Source: Octopus vulgaris (Eukaryota). From it: DNA of 64,000 bases. A program made the position numbers and the translations under genes. The stretch covers positions 107,756,001 through 107,820,000 of the forward strand of contig OX597816.1 of the NCBI GenBank assembly GCA_951406725.2, written 5' to 3'. Every line of letters starts with the position of its first letter. Within the stretch, counting starts at the first letter, position 1. The notes under the pieces are model-generated. The model was given only the letters and a program-made list of their open reading frames with translations. It searched no databases and was not told where the DNA came from. Positions 25,761 to 38,075 of the stretch are shown here, in pieces.

Positions 25761-25979
25761 ACACTCTAAACATGCACACACAAGCACATAAATATACAGA
25801 AAGCATACATACAAACGTACACATACACACGCATACATATATATGCATACACATACACACACATTCATAAATAAATACATAATAATGCATTAAAACAGAA
25901 TGACTCTCCCCAGACACAACAAAACATGCTTCAACACACGAATTCACAAAAAGAATCTTGCAAACCAAATACAAAAACG

Positions 25980-26041
<62 letters not shown>

Positions 26042-26517
26042 TAACCGAATCTCCCTTAGATAACACCCTAATTTAAATCCTCATCTCGCCACACAGTTTC
26101 GTTATCTCTCCACCTCGATCACTCTCCTGTTGTCTTACTCTTCCTCTCTCTCTCTCTCCCACACACACAAACCCTCTCTCCCTCAATATCCTTCACTTCT
26201 TTATTCGATATCTCTCTTACATCAATTCCATTATCCCTCACTCTCTATCTCTCCCTCTAACTCTCCATCTATCTAACTCTCTAACTCTCCCTCTAGCCCC
26301 CTCATACCCTCCGATCTCTCTCTTCCTTACTCACTATATTCTTTCACCTCTTATTTTCTTCCTTATTTTTTTCCCTTCACCTCACTCATCTATTCCCTAT
26401 TCTTTTACAATACTAATCTTTCCCACTTCAACCCTCACAAATCCTCACACTGTCTATTTCCTTACACACGCGCTCTCTCTCACTCACACACACTTACTCT
26501 CTCTCTCTCTCTCACTC

Positions 26518-26598
<81 letters not shown>

Positions 26599-27635
26599 AT
26601 AACGCCTTTTACTTCCTATCCTCTCACACACTCTTACTCACTCTCACCAATCTCCCAATCTTTTATTTCTTTATTCACACTCTCCCCCTGCATCCTATTC
26701 TATGACGCAAATATCAATTCTCCTCCAACTCCCTCCTCATCGTCGCCAAACTCTCACATCTGCACACATGCACCACACACAAAAACACACTCTTTCTCCG
26801 TCTCTCCACAAACCTCATTTCCACACCATGTTATCCTGCCACCAGGCTATGTTAAGATTAAATATTGGATATGTCACTACAGTAAGACTGTAGTAGCTTA
26901 CATATGTAGTTACTTCCACTTGCCTGCACTATAATATCTCTAACAACTTCTATAGTGTAACCTTTCTTCAAATATCGCGCGAACACACATGCACACGCAC
27001 GCACACGCACGCACACGCACGCACACAATATTCTCTCTCTCTCACACACACACACTCTCTCTCTCTGTTTTTCGATCGTTTCCTCGTCACTTCCATATCT
27101 TCCTCATTCATTTTCTTTTCTGTCTGTTTAACTCTTTCCGTACACACACACACAGGAACGCATACACACACACATGCACATGCACACATACATATATATA
27201 TTACCAGATTTCTTTCTCTCTCTCTTCCTCTCTTTCACACATTAAAATAAAAAGTGATGCACGTATGTATGTATGTATGTATGTATGTATGTATGTATGT
27301 ATGTATGTATGGATGTATCTATGTATCTATGTATGTATGTATGTATGTGTGTGAGCGTGTGCATGTGTGAATAATTCTTTTTTGGAACTGTGGATCTCGG
27401 AGCATATAAAGCTATAAATAATAGCATGTAAATATTTGTCTGGAAAACCTTTGTGGATAGAAAAGTAGAAGGATGAACGTAGAGCAGGAAACTACGTCTG
27501 CAGTAGACAAATTCATTGCGGTATATATCCTTAGACAACATCTCTCTCTATATATATATCTTTTTATATATATATACATATAATATATATATAATATGTA
27601 TAAATATATGTATATATGACGTATATAAACATATG

Positions 27636-27683
<48 letters not shown>

Positions 27684-28016
27684 TGTATGTATTCATACAC
27701 ACCCAACATATATATACATATATATATATACATATATATAATTCTGGGATCCGAGTGTAGGGAGTTTGTAAGTTTCAAGCAGTATGCGACTCGTACAGAA
27801 AATAAAAAGTGGAAGGTCTACGATAAGAAACAATAACAATGAAGTAAACCTACGCTACATTTTAATAAGTTCTTATCGTATATTGTCCACTTTTTGTTCT
27901 CTACGCCAGCCGCTTATGGTTGAAAGTGAGACAATTCCTATACTCCGATCCCCAGATAGCATTTATACACACACACACAAATAATATTACTTTCTCTTGT
28001 TATCTTACCGTTTTTA

Positions 28017-28064
<48 letters not shown>

Positions 28065-28067
28065 CAT

Positions 28068-28400
28068 GAAGGCGCATGGCTCAGTGGTTAGGGCGTCGAG
28101 CTCAAGATTGTGAGGTTGTTAGTTCGAATTCCGGACCGGGCTGCGTGCTGTGTTCTTGAGCAACACACTATATTGCACGTTGGTCCAGTTCACTCAGCTG
28201 TAGAAATGAGTTGTGACGTCATACGTGCCAAGCTGTATCGCCCTTTGCCTTTTCCTTGGATAACACTGGTGGCGAGGAGAGGGGAGGCTGGTATGGAAGA
28301 CTGCTGGTCTTCCATAAACAACCTTGCCTGGACTTGTGCCTGGGAGGGTAACTTTCTAGGTGCAATCCCATGGTCAGTAATGACCGAAGGGGGTCTCAGC
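28068..28400 (+). mobile_element. SINE family C copy
   Basis: A box TGGCTCAGTGG, B box AGTTCGAATTCC, cttgagcaacacact body. Confidence 0.8.
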
Positions 28401-28429
28401 ATACATATGTATATTTTTTCATTCTCTTA

Positions 28430-28630
28430 ATCTTTTAATCTGTTACATGTTCAGCTATTTGACTGCGCCCATGCCAGAGCACCATCTTAAAGGGTTTTAT
28501 TCAAAGAAATCGACTCCATGACTTCTTTGCAAGCCTAATACTTATTCTATCGGTCGGTAAGTTACGGCAGCATAAACATCCCACCATCGGTTATCAACTG
28601 ATGCCGGGGAGACAAATACAGATACACACA
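28430..28630 (-). mobile_element. SINE family B, 3' part
   Basis: ttgactgcg.ccatgc..gagcacc...tacttattctatcggtc matches family B. Confidence 0.7.
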
Positions 28631-28642
28631 CTAGATACATAC

Positions 28643-28712
<70 letters not shown>

Positions 28713-28799
28713 AAGGGTGAAAAGGAACACACGAGTTGATATATATGAAAAAACAAGTAAAAAATAGAAAATGCTAAAATAATTTTATAGTGAACATTT

Positions 28800-28837
28800 C
28801 AGTACCGGTTTCGGTCATTTTGAGACCTTTTCAACTG
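28800..28837 (-). ncRNA. Minimal type I hammerhead ribozyme motif (U3-A8 core variant), sense to the PLE ORF
   Basis: CAG-UUGAAAA-GGUC(UCAAAAU)GACC-GAA-ACCGGU-A-CUG: 3-bp stem I, 4-bp stem II, palindromic stem III, GUA cleavage triplet. Confidence 0.75.
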
Positions 28838-29583
28838 TAACGATTAAATAATTAAATTTAGAAAAATTAGGAGAAAAGTTTTTTTAAAAGAATATTTCAA
28901 TAGTAGTGTTCAGATTTAAGTGGCATTCTGCCTTTCTCTGACTCCCTTGTTTGCACTTGTGTGTTCGAGGTAGTTGTGAGTTCTTGGTAGGGTAGTAGAG
29001 GGAAGGCTGGTGAGGAAAGGGGGTGGGAGAATCTGGGAGTGCCCTGATGGTCGTATTTTGAATGGTCAGTGGCGGCTGGCAGTCTCAGTTCAATTCAGGA
29101 GAATATTTATATTGACAGGCTTGTTTATAGAATTAGCGTAGGTGTTATACTAAAAAACATTAGTGACAAAGTTAAGGGGTAGGGGGTGGAGAAGAAGAAG
29201 AAGAAGAAGAAGAAGAAGAAGAAGGAGAAGGAGAAGATGACGATGATGGTGATGGTGGTGATGATTATGACGACGATGATGATGATAATGATGATGATGA
29301 AGAAGAAGAAGAAGAAGAAGAAGAAGAAGAAGAAGAAGAAGAAGAAGGAGGAGAAGGAGAAGATGGTGGTGATGATGGTGGTGATGATGATGACGCCGAT
29401 GATGATGATAATGATGATGATGAAGAAGAAGAGGAAGAAGAAGAAGAAGAAAAAAACAGAGAAGGGAGAATATGAATGGGTGTAAATATAGCTATGAAGG
29501 GGCTGATTAGTAATGGATTCTATGGAGTGTAGTATTTGTGTGTGTATATATATTTTTTTCTTTTATTCTAAAGTTGAGGTATA

Positions 29584-29940
29584 TTAATTGTTTGTCGTAG
29601 ACCCGTTAAGAAGTGGCTTGTATTTTGTAATAAAGAGATTTTCTTTACTTATTCGTTGTCTCGAGGTTGTATCGTCCCTAAATTGGTAGAGGGGGAAAAT
29701 TCTGAAGTTTGGTGTTTTTTTGTTGGCGCAAGTATCTATGTGTTGGCTAAAAGCTATTTTTCTGGTTTGGGGAATTTTTATCTGGGATCTGTGCAGGGCC
29801 ATTCGTTTACGCAAACCATTTTTTGTTTGGCCTATGTACTGCTCTTGACACCCGGAGCAGGTTAGTGAGTATATTAGGTTCTCCGAAGCACATGTGAAGT
29901 TGCTTTTCACTGTAAACCGTTGTCCATGTTTGAAGGAGAA
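29584..29940 (-). pseudogene. PLE GIY-YIG endonuclease domain (5'-truncated, frame open)
   Basis: FTCASENLIYSLTCSGCQEQYIGQTKNGLRKRMALHRSQI...FSQH...KENLFITKYKPLLN. Confidence 0.9.
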
Positions 29941-30006
29941 ATATAGAAATATTCTTTTAAAAAAACTTTTCTTCTAATTTTTCTAAATTTAATTATTTAA
30001 TCGTTA

Positions 30007-30044
30007 CAGTTGAAAAGGTCTCAAAATGACCGAAACCGGTACTG
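30007..30044 (+). ncRNA. Second copy of the U3-A8 hammerhead motif, in the inverted arm
   Basis: cagttgaaaaggtctcaaaatgaccgaaaccggtactg, identical to the reverse complement of 28800-28837. Confidence 0.75.
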
Positions 30045-30093
30045 AAATGTTCACTATAAAATTATTTTAGCATTTTCTATTTTTTACTTGTTT

Positions 30094-30139
<46 letters not shown>

Positions 30140-30141
<2 letters not shown>

Positions 30142-30653
30142 TCTTTCTCTCTTTTCTCTTTTACTTGTTTCAGTCATTTGACTGCGGCCATGCTGGAGCA
30201 CCGCCTTTAATCGAGCAACTAGACCCCGGCACTTATTCTTTGTAAGCCCAGTACTTATTCTATCGGTCTCTTTTTTGCCGAACCGCTAAGTGACGGGGAC
30301 GTAAACACACCAGCATCGGTTGTCAAGCGATGCTAGTGGGACAAACACAGACACACAAACACACACATATATATATATATACATATATACGACAGGCTTC
30401 TTTCAGTTTCCGTCTACCAAATCCACTCACAAGGCATTGGTCGGCACGGGGCTATAGCAGAAGACACTTGCCCAAGATGCCACGCAGTGGGACTGAACCC
30501 GGTATATATATATATATATATACTGCAGTTTTCCTTCAGTTTCCGTCTAACAATTCTACTCACAGGGCTTTAGTCTGTCAGAGGATATAGTTGAAGATAT
30601 TTGCGCAAGGTGGTTGGGAAGCAAGCTTCTTACCATGCAACCATGCCTGCGCC
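30140..30653 (-). mobile_element. SINE family B: young copy lacking its 5' tip (30140-30502) plus an older 5' fragment (30525-30653)
   Basis: 30140-30502 is nearly identical to 36375-36736. Confidence 0.85.
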
Positions 30654-31264
30654 TATATATGTATATCTATTTACGCTTGTACGCGCGCATGTGTATGATT
30701 ATGCATCTGTGTGTGGGTAAATGTATCAGTATGGGATTGTGTGTATGCGTGTAGACGTGACACCATAATTTAGAGTTTTGGGTGTTGCACTTATGATCGT
30801 AAGATTGTGGTTTTGATTCTCTTCATTTTACTTTGTTCCAGTCCACTTAACCGGTTAAAATGAGTTATTCTGCGACGGACTGGTGTCAAGTCCAGAGAGG
30901 AACATAAATATCAGAGAAACCAGGGCTGAAGTAACTAACCATAACCATGCGTGTAGATGATTTTGTGTTATTGATGGAAAAGTTATAAGATCGTCAAGAG
31001 TGCTATACATATTTTGTTTCCGGTTCTGTATTTTGACTTGTAGTCTTACTATTTTCGCTTTCAGTTTTATTCATTTTATATTGGTAAATAATAAATACTA
31101 TTAATATACTGCGATCGAGACCTTTCCTACTTTCTACCTCTTTCCTGAAACCTGCTACCTCACGCTGTGAGATACCCTTCTCACATGGAGAAGGATTCAG
31201 TAAGGAATTAGCAATGATTCTCATAAAAAAGTAAACAGAATGGCTCACTAGGTTCGTAAATTAA

Positions 31265-31485
31265 TAATGCTTTCTACTATAGGTACACGGCATGAAATTT
31301 GGGGGAAGGGAACTCGTCGATTACATAGACCCCAGTGCATAGCTGGTAATTATTTTATTGAGCCCGAAAGGCTGAAAGAGGAAATAAACTTCTGATGAAT
31401 TTGAACTATGAACGTAAGGACGGACGAAATAGCGCTAAGCGTTTTGTCAAGTGTGCAAACGAAGCAGCCAACTCGCTGCCTTTGG
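31265..31485 (-). mobile_element. SINE family A copy (diverged)
   Basis: ggcagcgagttggc head through gtgtacctatagtagaaagcattatta tail on the minus strand. Confidence 0.7.
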
Positions 31486-31616
31486 TTTCTAGATTAATAA
31501 TGATAAAAATAAGGGACTGAGATGTAGACACAAGGCCAGCAAATATAATTGGCCTTGTGGATACTATAAGCCTCAGGACTTAACTGGCATATATTTTATA
31601 TAATACAAATTTTAGA

Positions 31617-31656
<40 letters not shown>

Positions 31657-31661
31657 AAGTG

Positions 31662-31745
<84 letters not shown>

Positions 31746-31981
31746 TTTGTATGTGTGTACGCACGTGCGTGTGTTTGTGCGTGTGTGTGTATGTGTGTGT
31801 GTGTGTGTGTAATTAATTCATTTATATGAATAGAGGCGAGAATGATTTCGAAGGAGTCTAAGCAATCCGAAACTCCGTGGACACCATATTTTAATATCTT
31901 TTACATGGGCTCTACAAGTATTGAGTAATTCTTCAGTTTAGTGTTTAATTGCTTTCACTATAATTCGATAAAAACAAGCAT

Positions 31982-32019
<38 letters not shown>

Positions 32020-32022
<3 letters not shown>

Positions 32023-33726
32023 TACCGTCAGAAATTAATTAGCACCCTTGATTTGCTCTTCACTCTAGGTATTTGCTGTCACCTAGTGGCCATATCTCGA
32101 ACTATTGCTTTGTTGCGAGTTCACTGTTGCGCAGAACGATGACGTAACCTTTGTTTGCAGAACGGTTTGAGAGTCTACAGCCTAATGATGTTGACATAGC
32201 AGTGCAACAACAACTTGGAGTGCGGATGCAGACAAATCTTCCTTTGTTTAATAGATATAGGTAGCACCTCGCAAGGACCGAAATCACACCGTACTAAGTT
32301 TTCTCATCGCGTAAGACGTTTTGAACAGCTTGTAGGTTAATTGATTTGTGTATTTGCAAGATTTTTTTCCTCACAAATTCTCCTACACTCTGCTTGGTGA
32401 CGTCACTTCCAGTTCACAAAACTTTCTGTTATACATCAAATAAGGTGAGAAATTCTGCTTTCTTTCTTTTTTGTTTAATGAATAATAACTCATAGCAGTT
32501 TTGTTATAGCATAACATTATTCAAATGAATAGTTTTAATGAAAATAACTGGTTTTTATCGTTCATTCCTAGATGGGCCCAAGACCTCGCATGACCTTGGA
32601 GAGACGGTACAAGGCTCTCTCGTGGCGTGGGAAGCTGTCGGAGGTTGCAATAGCCAGAAAACTTGGTGTAGCCAGGCGCACAATTCAGTGCTTATTTAAG
32701 AAATACGAGGAAACCGGATCAGCAGCTCACAAAAAGGGTAGGGGACGGAAGAGGCTGACGACCCAGCGGGAGGACCGGATGCTGATCCGAAAGTCACTGT
32801 ACAACCGAAGGGTAACGAGCCGGCAACTGGCGGAGGAGATGCAAAAGATGACAGGGAAGCAGTTGTCTACAACCACCGTCAAGACCAGATTACTGGAAGC
32901 TGGTCTAAAATCCTGTAGGGCCACCCGTAAGCCGCTCCTTACAGCCCAAAACCGGAAGAGGCGGCTGCTCTGGGCCCGTGCCCACAAGACATGGACCGTG
33001 CAGCAGTGGCGGACAGTGATGTTCACTGACGAGTCGCGATTCAGTCTCGTCAGTGACAAGCCTGTCCATGTGCGACGCCGCAGGGGTGAGCGCTTCAACA
33101 AAGACTGCATTGCTCCCACCATGAAGCAAGGTGGGGGTTGTCTGATGGTGTGAGGGGCGTTCAGCTACAGTGGTGTTGGGCGGTTCTATGCCGTCGAAGG
33201 CAACATCAATGCAGCAAAGTACGTTGAGATAGTACGGGATACCTCTTTGGGGGCGAGGAGTTCTGCTCCAGCAGGACAACGCGCCTTCCCACACAGCCAA
33301 GCTCACAACCGGTTTCTTCAAGGACCATGGGGTGACGGTCATGGACTGGCCTGGCCAGTCACCTGACCTGAACCCTATTGAGAACCTCTGGAGTCGATTG
33401 GGTAGGGATTTGAATGTGCAACAATACAGGAACCGACACAAGTTGTTTGGGGCACTTCTTGCTGCATGGGGGGCCATCCCTGCACAGTACCTGCAGGCAC
33501 TCATAGACAGCATGCCGACCCGCGTAGCAGCTGTCATTGCTGCCAAAGGAGGAGCAACAAGATATTGACTAAATTTCACGATTAATAACAATTATGTGAT
33601 GTGCTGGGATATGTTTTAATAAATTTTTGATTAAAAACGAGTTTGTTTCTGATAAGTTAATTAAATTAAGAAAATGTAAGAAAATGTAGAAATTTGAGAA
33701 GTGCTAATTAATTTCCGACGCAAGTG
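32020..33726 (+). mobile_element. Full-length Tc1-family DNA transposon (about 1.7 kb) inserted in (TA)n
   Basis: TIRs CACTACCGTCAGAAATTAATTAGCAC and GTGCTAATTAATTTCCGACGCAAGTG, TA on both flanks, transposase inside. Confidence 0.95.
32572..33568 (+). pseudogene. Tc1 DD34E transposase with one premature stop (33151-33153, at the conserved W of MVWG) and a frameshift/deletion near 33245
   Basis: Paired-like HTH, GRKR, RKPLL, FTDESRF, QQDNAPSH, then 34 residues to SPDLNPIENLW, and a C-terminal AKGGATRY. Confidence 0.93.
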
Positions 33727-33750
33727 TATATATATATATATATATATATA

Positions 33751-34321
33751 TACCTTATATAATATTTGTTCTGTCTGTCTGTCTGTCTGTCTGTCTGTGT
33801 ATGTGTCATCTAGGATCTCGGGGAACCCTCCATCCGATTGCACTCAAATTTGATATGTAGATACCGACGGTATCAGGGCGTGTATAAGTTTTGAAAAAGC
33901 TACAAAAATCGATTCCAGGTGAGAATGCGATCGATAAAGCCGTTTTTGTCCTGCTTTTCTTCCGTCAACCTGTACATAACTGCACCTTCCATTTTTCGTA
34001 GTTTCTGTACTGCTTAAAGGCACGTTCCTTTCCTGCCAAGCTTACTGTTTAAACCATATTTGTGTTCTCCCAGTCAACAGCCATATCATTACTGGTACTT
34101 TAAACTCTTCGGTTGCATATTTGTGTGAATAAAATCATTTCTTCTTTGGAATAGAAAAAAAGTCTATCTTTATTTCTTCTTTTGCTGGTATCTCAAATTT
34201 AGGTTAAATCAGTGTTTCTCAAAGGGGAGGCCTATGGGACGGTCGGACAAGTTGTTTTGAGAAAATTTGGTTTAAATGTTTGACAACTCAGCGCCGTCCA
34301 TTGGACGGGTGCGTTTTGCTC

Positions 34322-34323
<2 letters not shown>
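33751..34323 (+). mobile_element. Non-autonomous Helitron-type element
   Basis: 5' ccttatataatat followed by (CTGT)n and ccgattgcactcaaattt. 3' GC-rich hairpin CCGTCCA-T-TGGACGG (34294-34308) about 10 nt before a CTCGT (CTAGT-like) end. No TIRs. Confidence 0.7.
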
Positions 34324-34387
<64 letters not shown>

Positions 34388-34483
34388 CGGGAAGCTTTAT
34401 GAAAATAAACAAAAGACGAAGGCAGGTGGAAAACAAACGAACAATTGTATTAGTATGGCGCTCAGGAAATATAAATAAAACAA

Positions 34484-34521
34484 GTCTTTAACGTTTCGAG
34501 CCTACGCTCTTCAACAGAAAG
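34484..34521 (-). ncRNA. Hammerhead-like motif with an altered core (CUGUUGA)
   Basis: CUUU-CUGUUGA-A-GAGC(GUAG)GCUC-GAA-ACGU-U-AAAG. A6 is replaced by U, so it may be inactive. Confidence 0.5.
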
Positions 34522-35008
34522 ATACACAGAGAGAGAAAAACACAGAAAGAAGGAGAGAAAAAAAATGCGTGCAGTAGCTAACGAATCAACATGGCGATCT
34601 GATTTCGGCCAGAGGTCAAAGATCAAACATGAGACGCGAGAGCGAAATAAGGGGAGATAATAGGGTTGATAAAAGGGTTGAGGGACCAGCTAAAAGTGCG
34701 TGGGAGGGGTCTGGATGTGTGTATGTATAGGGTTGGTGTATGTATTAGTATGTATAAGGGTGTGTGTGTGTGTGTGTGTGTATGAGAGAGTATTAGTGCG
34801 TAAGATTGGTCTGGACGTGCGTATGTATGGGGTTGGTGTATGTATTAGTATGTATTAGTATGTATTAGTACGTATTGGTATGTATAGGTGTGTGTGTGTG
34901 TGTGTGAGAGAGAGTATAAGTGCGTATGCGGGGTCTGGACGTGTGTATGTATAGGGTTGGTGTAAGTATTAGTATGTACTGGTATGTATTAGTAGGTATT
35001 AGTATGTA

Positions 35009-36349
35009 TTAGTTGGTGTGTGTATTAGTATGGCACATCATATGTGATGTGATGTGTAAAGTCATGTGGTGTAGTGAGGAGAAGAGGGGGAGGGGGAGAA
35101 GAGGGGGGAGAGAAGGCGAGGGGAAGAAGAGGGGGAGGAGAAGGGGAAGAGGAGAGGATGGGGGAGAAGGAAGGGGAGGAGGGGGATGAAGGAGGAAAGA
35201 GGGAGAGAGGGAGTGAGGGAGCAGAGGGAAGGAGAAGAGGGAGGGAGAAAGAGGGAAGAAGGGAAGGGGAGTAGGGGTGAAAGGATGAAGGACTGTAGAA
35301 GTAGGGGTCGGGGGAGAAAGGATAGGTGAGGAGGGGGGAGAGGGGGGTATGAGGATGGGGGGAGAGTTGAGACCAAATGGCGTATAAGAGCGAAGAGAGA
35401 AGATTAATTCCTGTTCACGGCGCAAACGGGAATCCGGATGGCCTCTGTGTAAGGACAAACCGAACACAGATAGGTGTTGCAAGGAGTGACCGGTGGAGCG
35501 GAAATGGCGTGAGACCGGTGTGTCGTTCGCAAGGTGGATGTCACGAAGGTGTTCCGCGAACCGGTCAGCCAAGCGGCGTCCCGTTTGTCCGATATACAAG
35601 GAATTGCAGAGAGAGCAAGAGATGCCATAGATAATATTGCTGGAGGTGCAGGTGAAGGAGTGGATGATGGGATAGGGTCGATGGTGGGTGCTAGTGAGGC
35701 GGGTGGTGTTGGAGAGGTAAGGGCAAGTGCGGCAACGTGGGCGGGAGCAGGGGAACGAGCCGGGTTGGGAGGTAGGGTCAGGGAAGGAGCTATGGACCAA
35801 AAGGTCTCGAAGGTTGTGGGCTCGTTTGAAAGAGGGGAGGGGTCGGTTAGGGAAGAGGTGTGAAGTGGACGGGTCGGACTGGAGATGACGGAAAGCTCGA
35901 AGAATGGTGCGTTGGAGACGTAGGGTCGTGGGGTGGTAAGTGAGGGGAAAAGGGAGGCGGGAGACTACAGGGCGGGTTCGGGGAGAGAGAGCAGATACAC
36001 GGTCCACGGACCGTGCTCTGGCAAGGGCGGTGTGGATAGTGGTGAGGGGGTATCCACGTAGGGTGAAGTGGTGAGCCATACGTTGAGACTGAGTCTCAAA
36101 GTCATGGTCGTCACTACAGAGCCTACGTAGACGGAGGAATTGGGAATAGGGGATGGAAAGCTTGGTGTGTTCTGGGTGGGAGGAAGAGAAGTTGAGGTAT
36201 GGGTGTGAGTCTGTGTGTTTGTAGTGAATGGAGGTGGTAAGAGTGGAGTGAAGAATGCTAACCGAAATGTCGAGGAAGGAGACAGAGGTGTTGGAGATAG
36301 TGGAAGTGAAGTGGAGGGCTGGATGGAAAGATTGGACGAAAGAGAGGAA
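35009..36349 (-). pseudogene. PLE RT C-terminus and GIY-YIG endonuclease; the frame appears open upstream of the annotated ATG to about 36349
   Basis: SFLDISVSI...HYKHTDSHPYLNFSSSHPEHTKLSIPYSQFLRLRRLCS...RGYP...LTYHP...CSRPRCRTC...NIIYGISCSLCNSLYIGQTGRRLADRFAEH...GLN. Confidence 0.92.
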
Positions 36350-36374
36350 GGAATATTTATATATATATATATAT

Positions 36375-36786
36375 TTCTCTTTCTCTTTTCTCTTTTACTT
36401 GTCTCAGTCATTTGACTGCGGCCATGCTGGAGCACCGCCTTTAATCGAGCAACTCGACCCCGGGACTTATTCTTTGTAAGCCCAGTACTTATTCTATCGG
36501 TCTCTTTTTTGCCGAACCGCTAAGTGACGGGGACGTAAACACACCAGCATCGGTTGTCAAGCGATGCTAGGGGGACAAACACAGACACACAAACACACAC
36601 ACATATATATATATACATATATACGACAGGCTTCTTTCAGTTTCTGTCTACCAAATCCACTCACAAGGCATTGGTCGGCCCGGGGCTATAGCAGAAGACA
36701 CTTGCCCAAGATGCCACGCAGTGGGACTGAACCCGGAACCATGTGGTTGGTTAGCAAGCTACTTACCACACAGCCACTCCTGCGCC
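36375..36786 (-). mobile_element. Full-length young SINE family B copy
   Basis: Complete from ggcgcaggagtggctgtgtggtaag to the (aagag)n tail. Confidence 0.9.
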
Positions 36787-36825
36787 TGTATATATATATA
36801 CATATATATATTCTTAGTTTTTATT

Positions 36826-37050
36826 AGAGGGTACACGAAGCACCAGCTTGCTAAGGAGTGGTAGTAAAAACATCCAGCTTAACTACTAATCTTACTAAAA
36901 ATATGTAACGGACCAACAGAAATTGGCCAAACGAGTGGGATTTAACATGCCCGAATTCTGTTGGTTCATTACATATTTTCAGCAGGATTAGTGGTTAAGC
37001 TGGAGGTTTTTACCTCCACTCTTTAGTAAGCTGGTGTTTCGTGTACCTTC
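36826..37050. mobile_element. Palindromic MITE (about 225 bp, arms about 100 bp), TA flanks
   Basis: gagggtacacgaagcaccagcttgctaaggagtgg...accaacagaa pairs with ttctgttggt...ccactctttagtaagctggtgtttcgtgtaccttc. Confidence 0.8.
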
Positions 37051-37055
37051 TAATT

Positions 37056-37125
37056 CAGTGGTTCCCAACCTTTGTTATGCCCCGCACCCCTAAAAACTTT
37101 TAATAGGATTTCTCACCCCATAAAG
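37056..37125 (+). mobile_element. hAT (Charlie-like) terminal fragment
   Basis: CAGTGGTTCCCAACCT terminus; no matching right end found. Confidence 0.45.
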
Positions 37126-37198
37126 TAATAATTTATATAAGAATAAAGATGCCACTAATGTTATTGTTATTGCTATTATCAATTATTCAGATTTGCCC

Positions 37199-37468
<270 letters not shown>

Positions 37469-37636
37469 TAAGTTTTTACGACTATTTATTTTAAATATTT
37501 ACTTATTCTTATATTTATATATATAAAATTTGAGTTTATTCACTCTCATTCTTTACTTTTGGTACTTTATTCTAAGTGACCAGACTTACCTTCCTTTTGT
37601 AATTTTCATTGTTTAGAATTATATTCATAGATGCAA

Positions 37637-37668
<32 letters not shown>

Positions 37669-37674
37669 CGTTTA

Positions 37675-38075
37675 CCTTTTATCTTTCACTTGTTACAGCC
37701 ACCAGACTGCGTCCCCATGCTGGTTCACCGTCTCAGAGTATTTTTAGTCGAATGAAATGACCCCATTATTTACTTTTTTTTTCTTAGACTGCTATCTATT
37801 TTATCCGTTTTCTCGCGGAACCGCTAAGTTACGAGGACGTAAGCACATCAACACCGGTTGTCAAGCGTTGGTGGGGATAAACACAGACACAAAGATACAC
37901 AAACACACATATACGACAGGCTTCTTTTTAGTTTCCGTCAACTAAATCCACTCACAAAGCCTTGCTTTTTCCCAAGGCAATTGTAGAACACACTTGCCCA
38001 AAGTGCCACGCAGAGTGACCGAACTTGGAACTATGTGGTTGGGAAGCAAGCTGCTTACCACACAGCTATACCTGT
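37675..38075 (-). mobile_element. SINE family B copy (older)
   Basis: Collinear with 36375-36786 but more diverged. Confidence 0.8.

Larger units (their letters stand above)
28709..30100 (-). mobile_element. 5'-truncated Penelope-like element (Neptune-like EN) with inverted pseudo-LTR arms of about 157 bp, inserted in (TA)n
   Basis: Arms 28741-28898 and 29946-30100 are near-perfect reverse complements. They enclose a GIY-YIG ORF fragment. An extra tail of about 30 nt lies at 28709-28739. Confidence 0.9.
34387..36352 (-). mobile_element. 5'-truncated Penelope-like element (RT thumb, GIY-YIG, repetitive 3' region and pLTR)
   Basis: PLE ORF remnant followed by a CT/CA-rich tract and a terminal segment with a hammerhead-like motif. 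Flanked by (TA)n. Confidence 0.9.

Noticed and set aside
32905-33591. 228-aa minus-strand ORF
   Set aside because: Antisense shadow of the GC-rich Tc1 transposase, with no independent motif.
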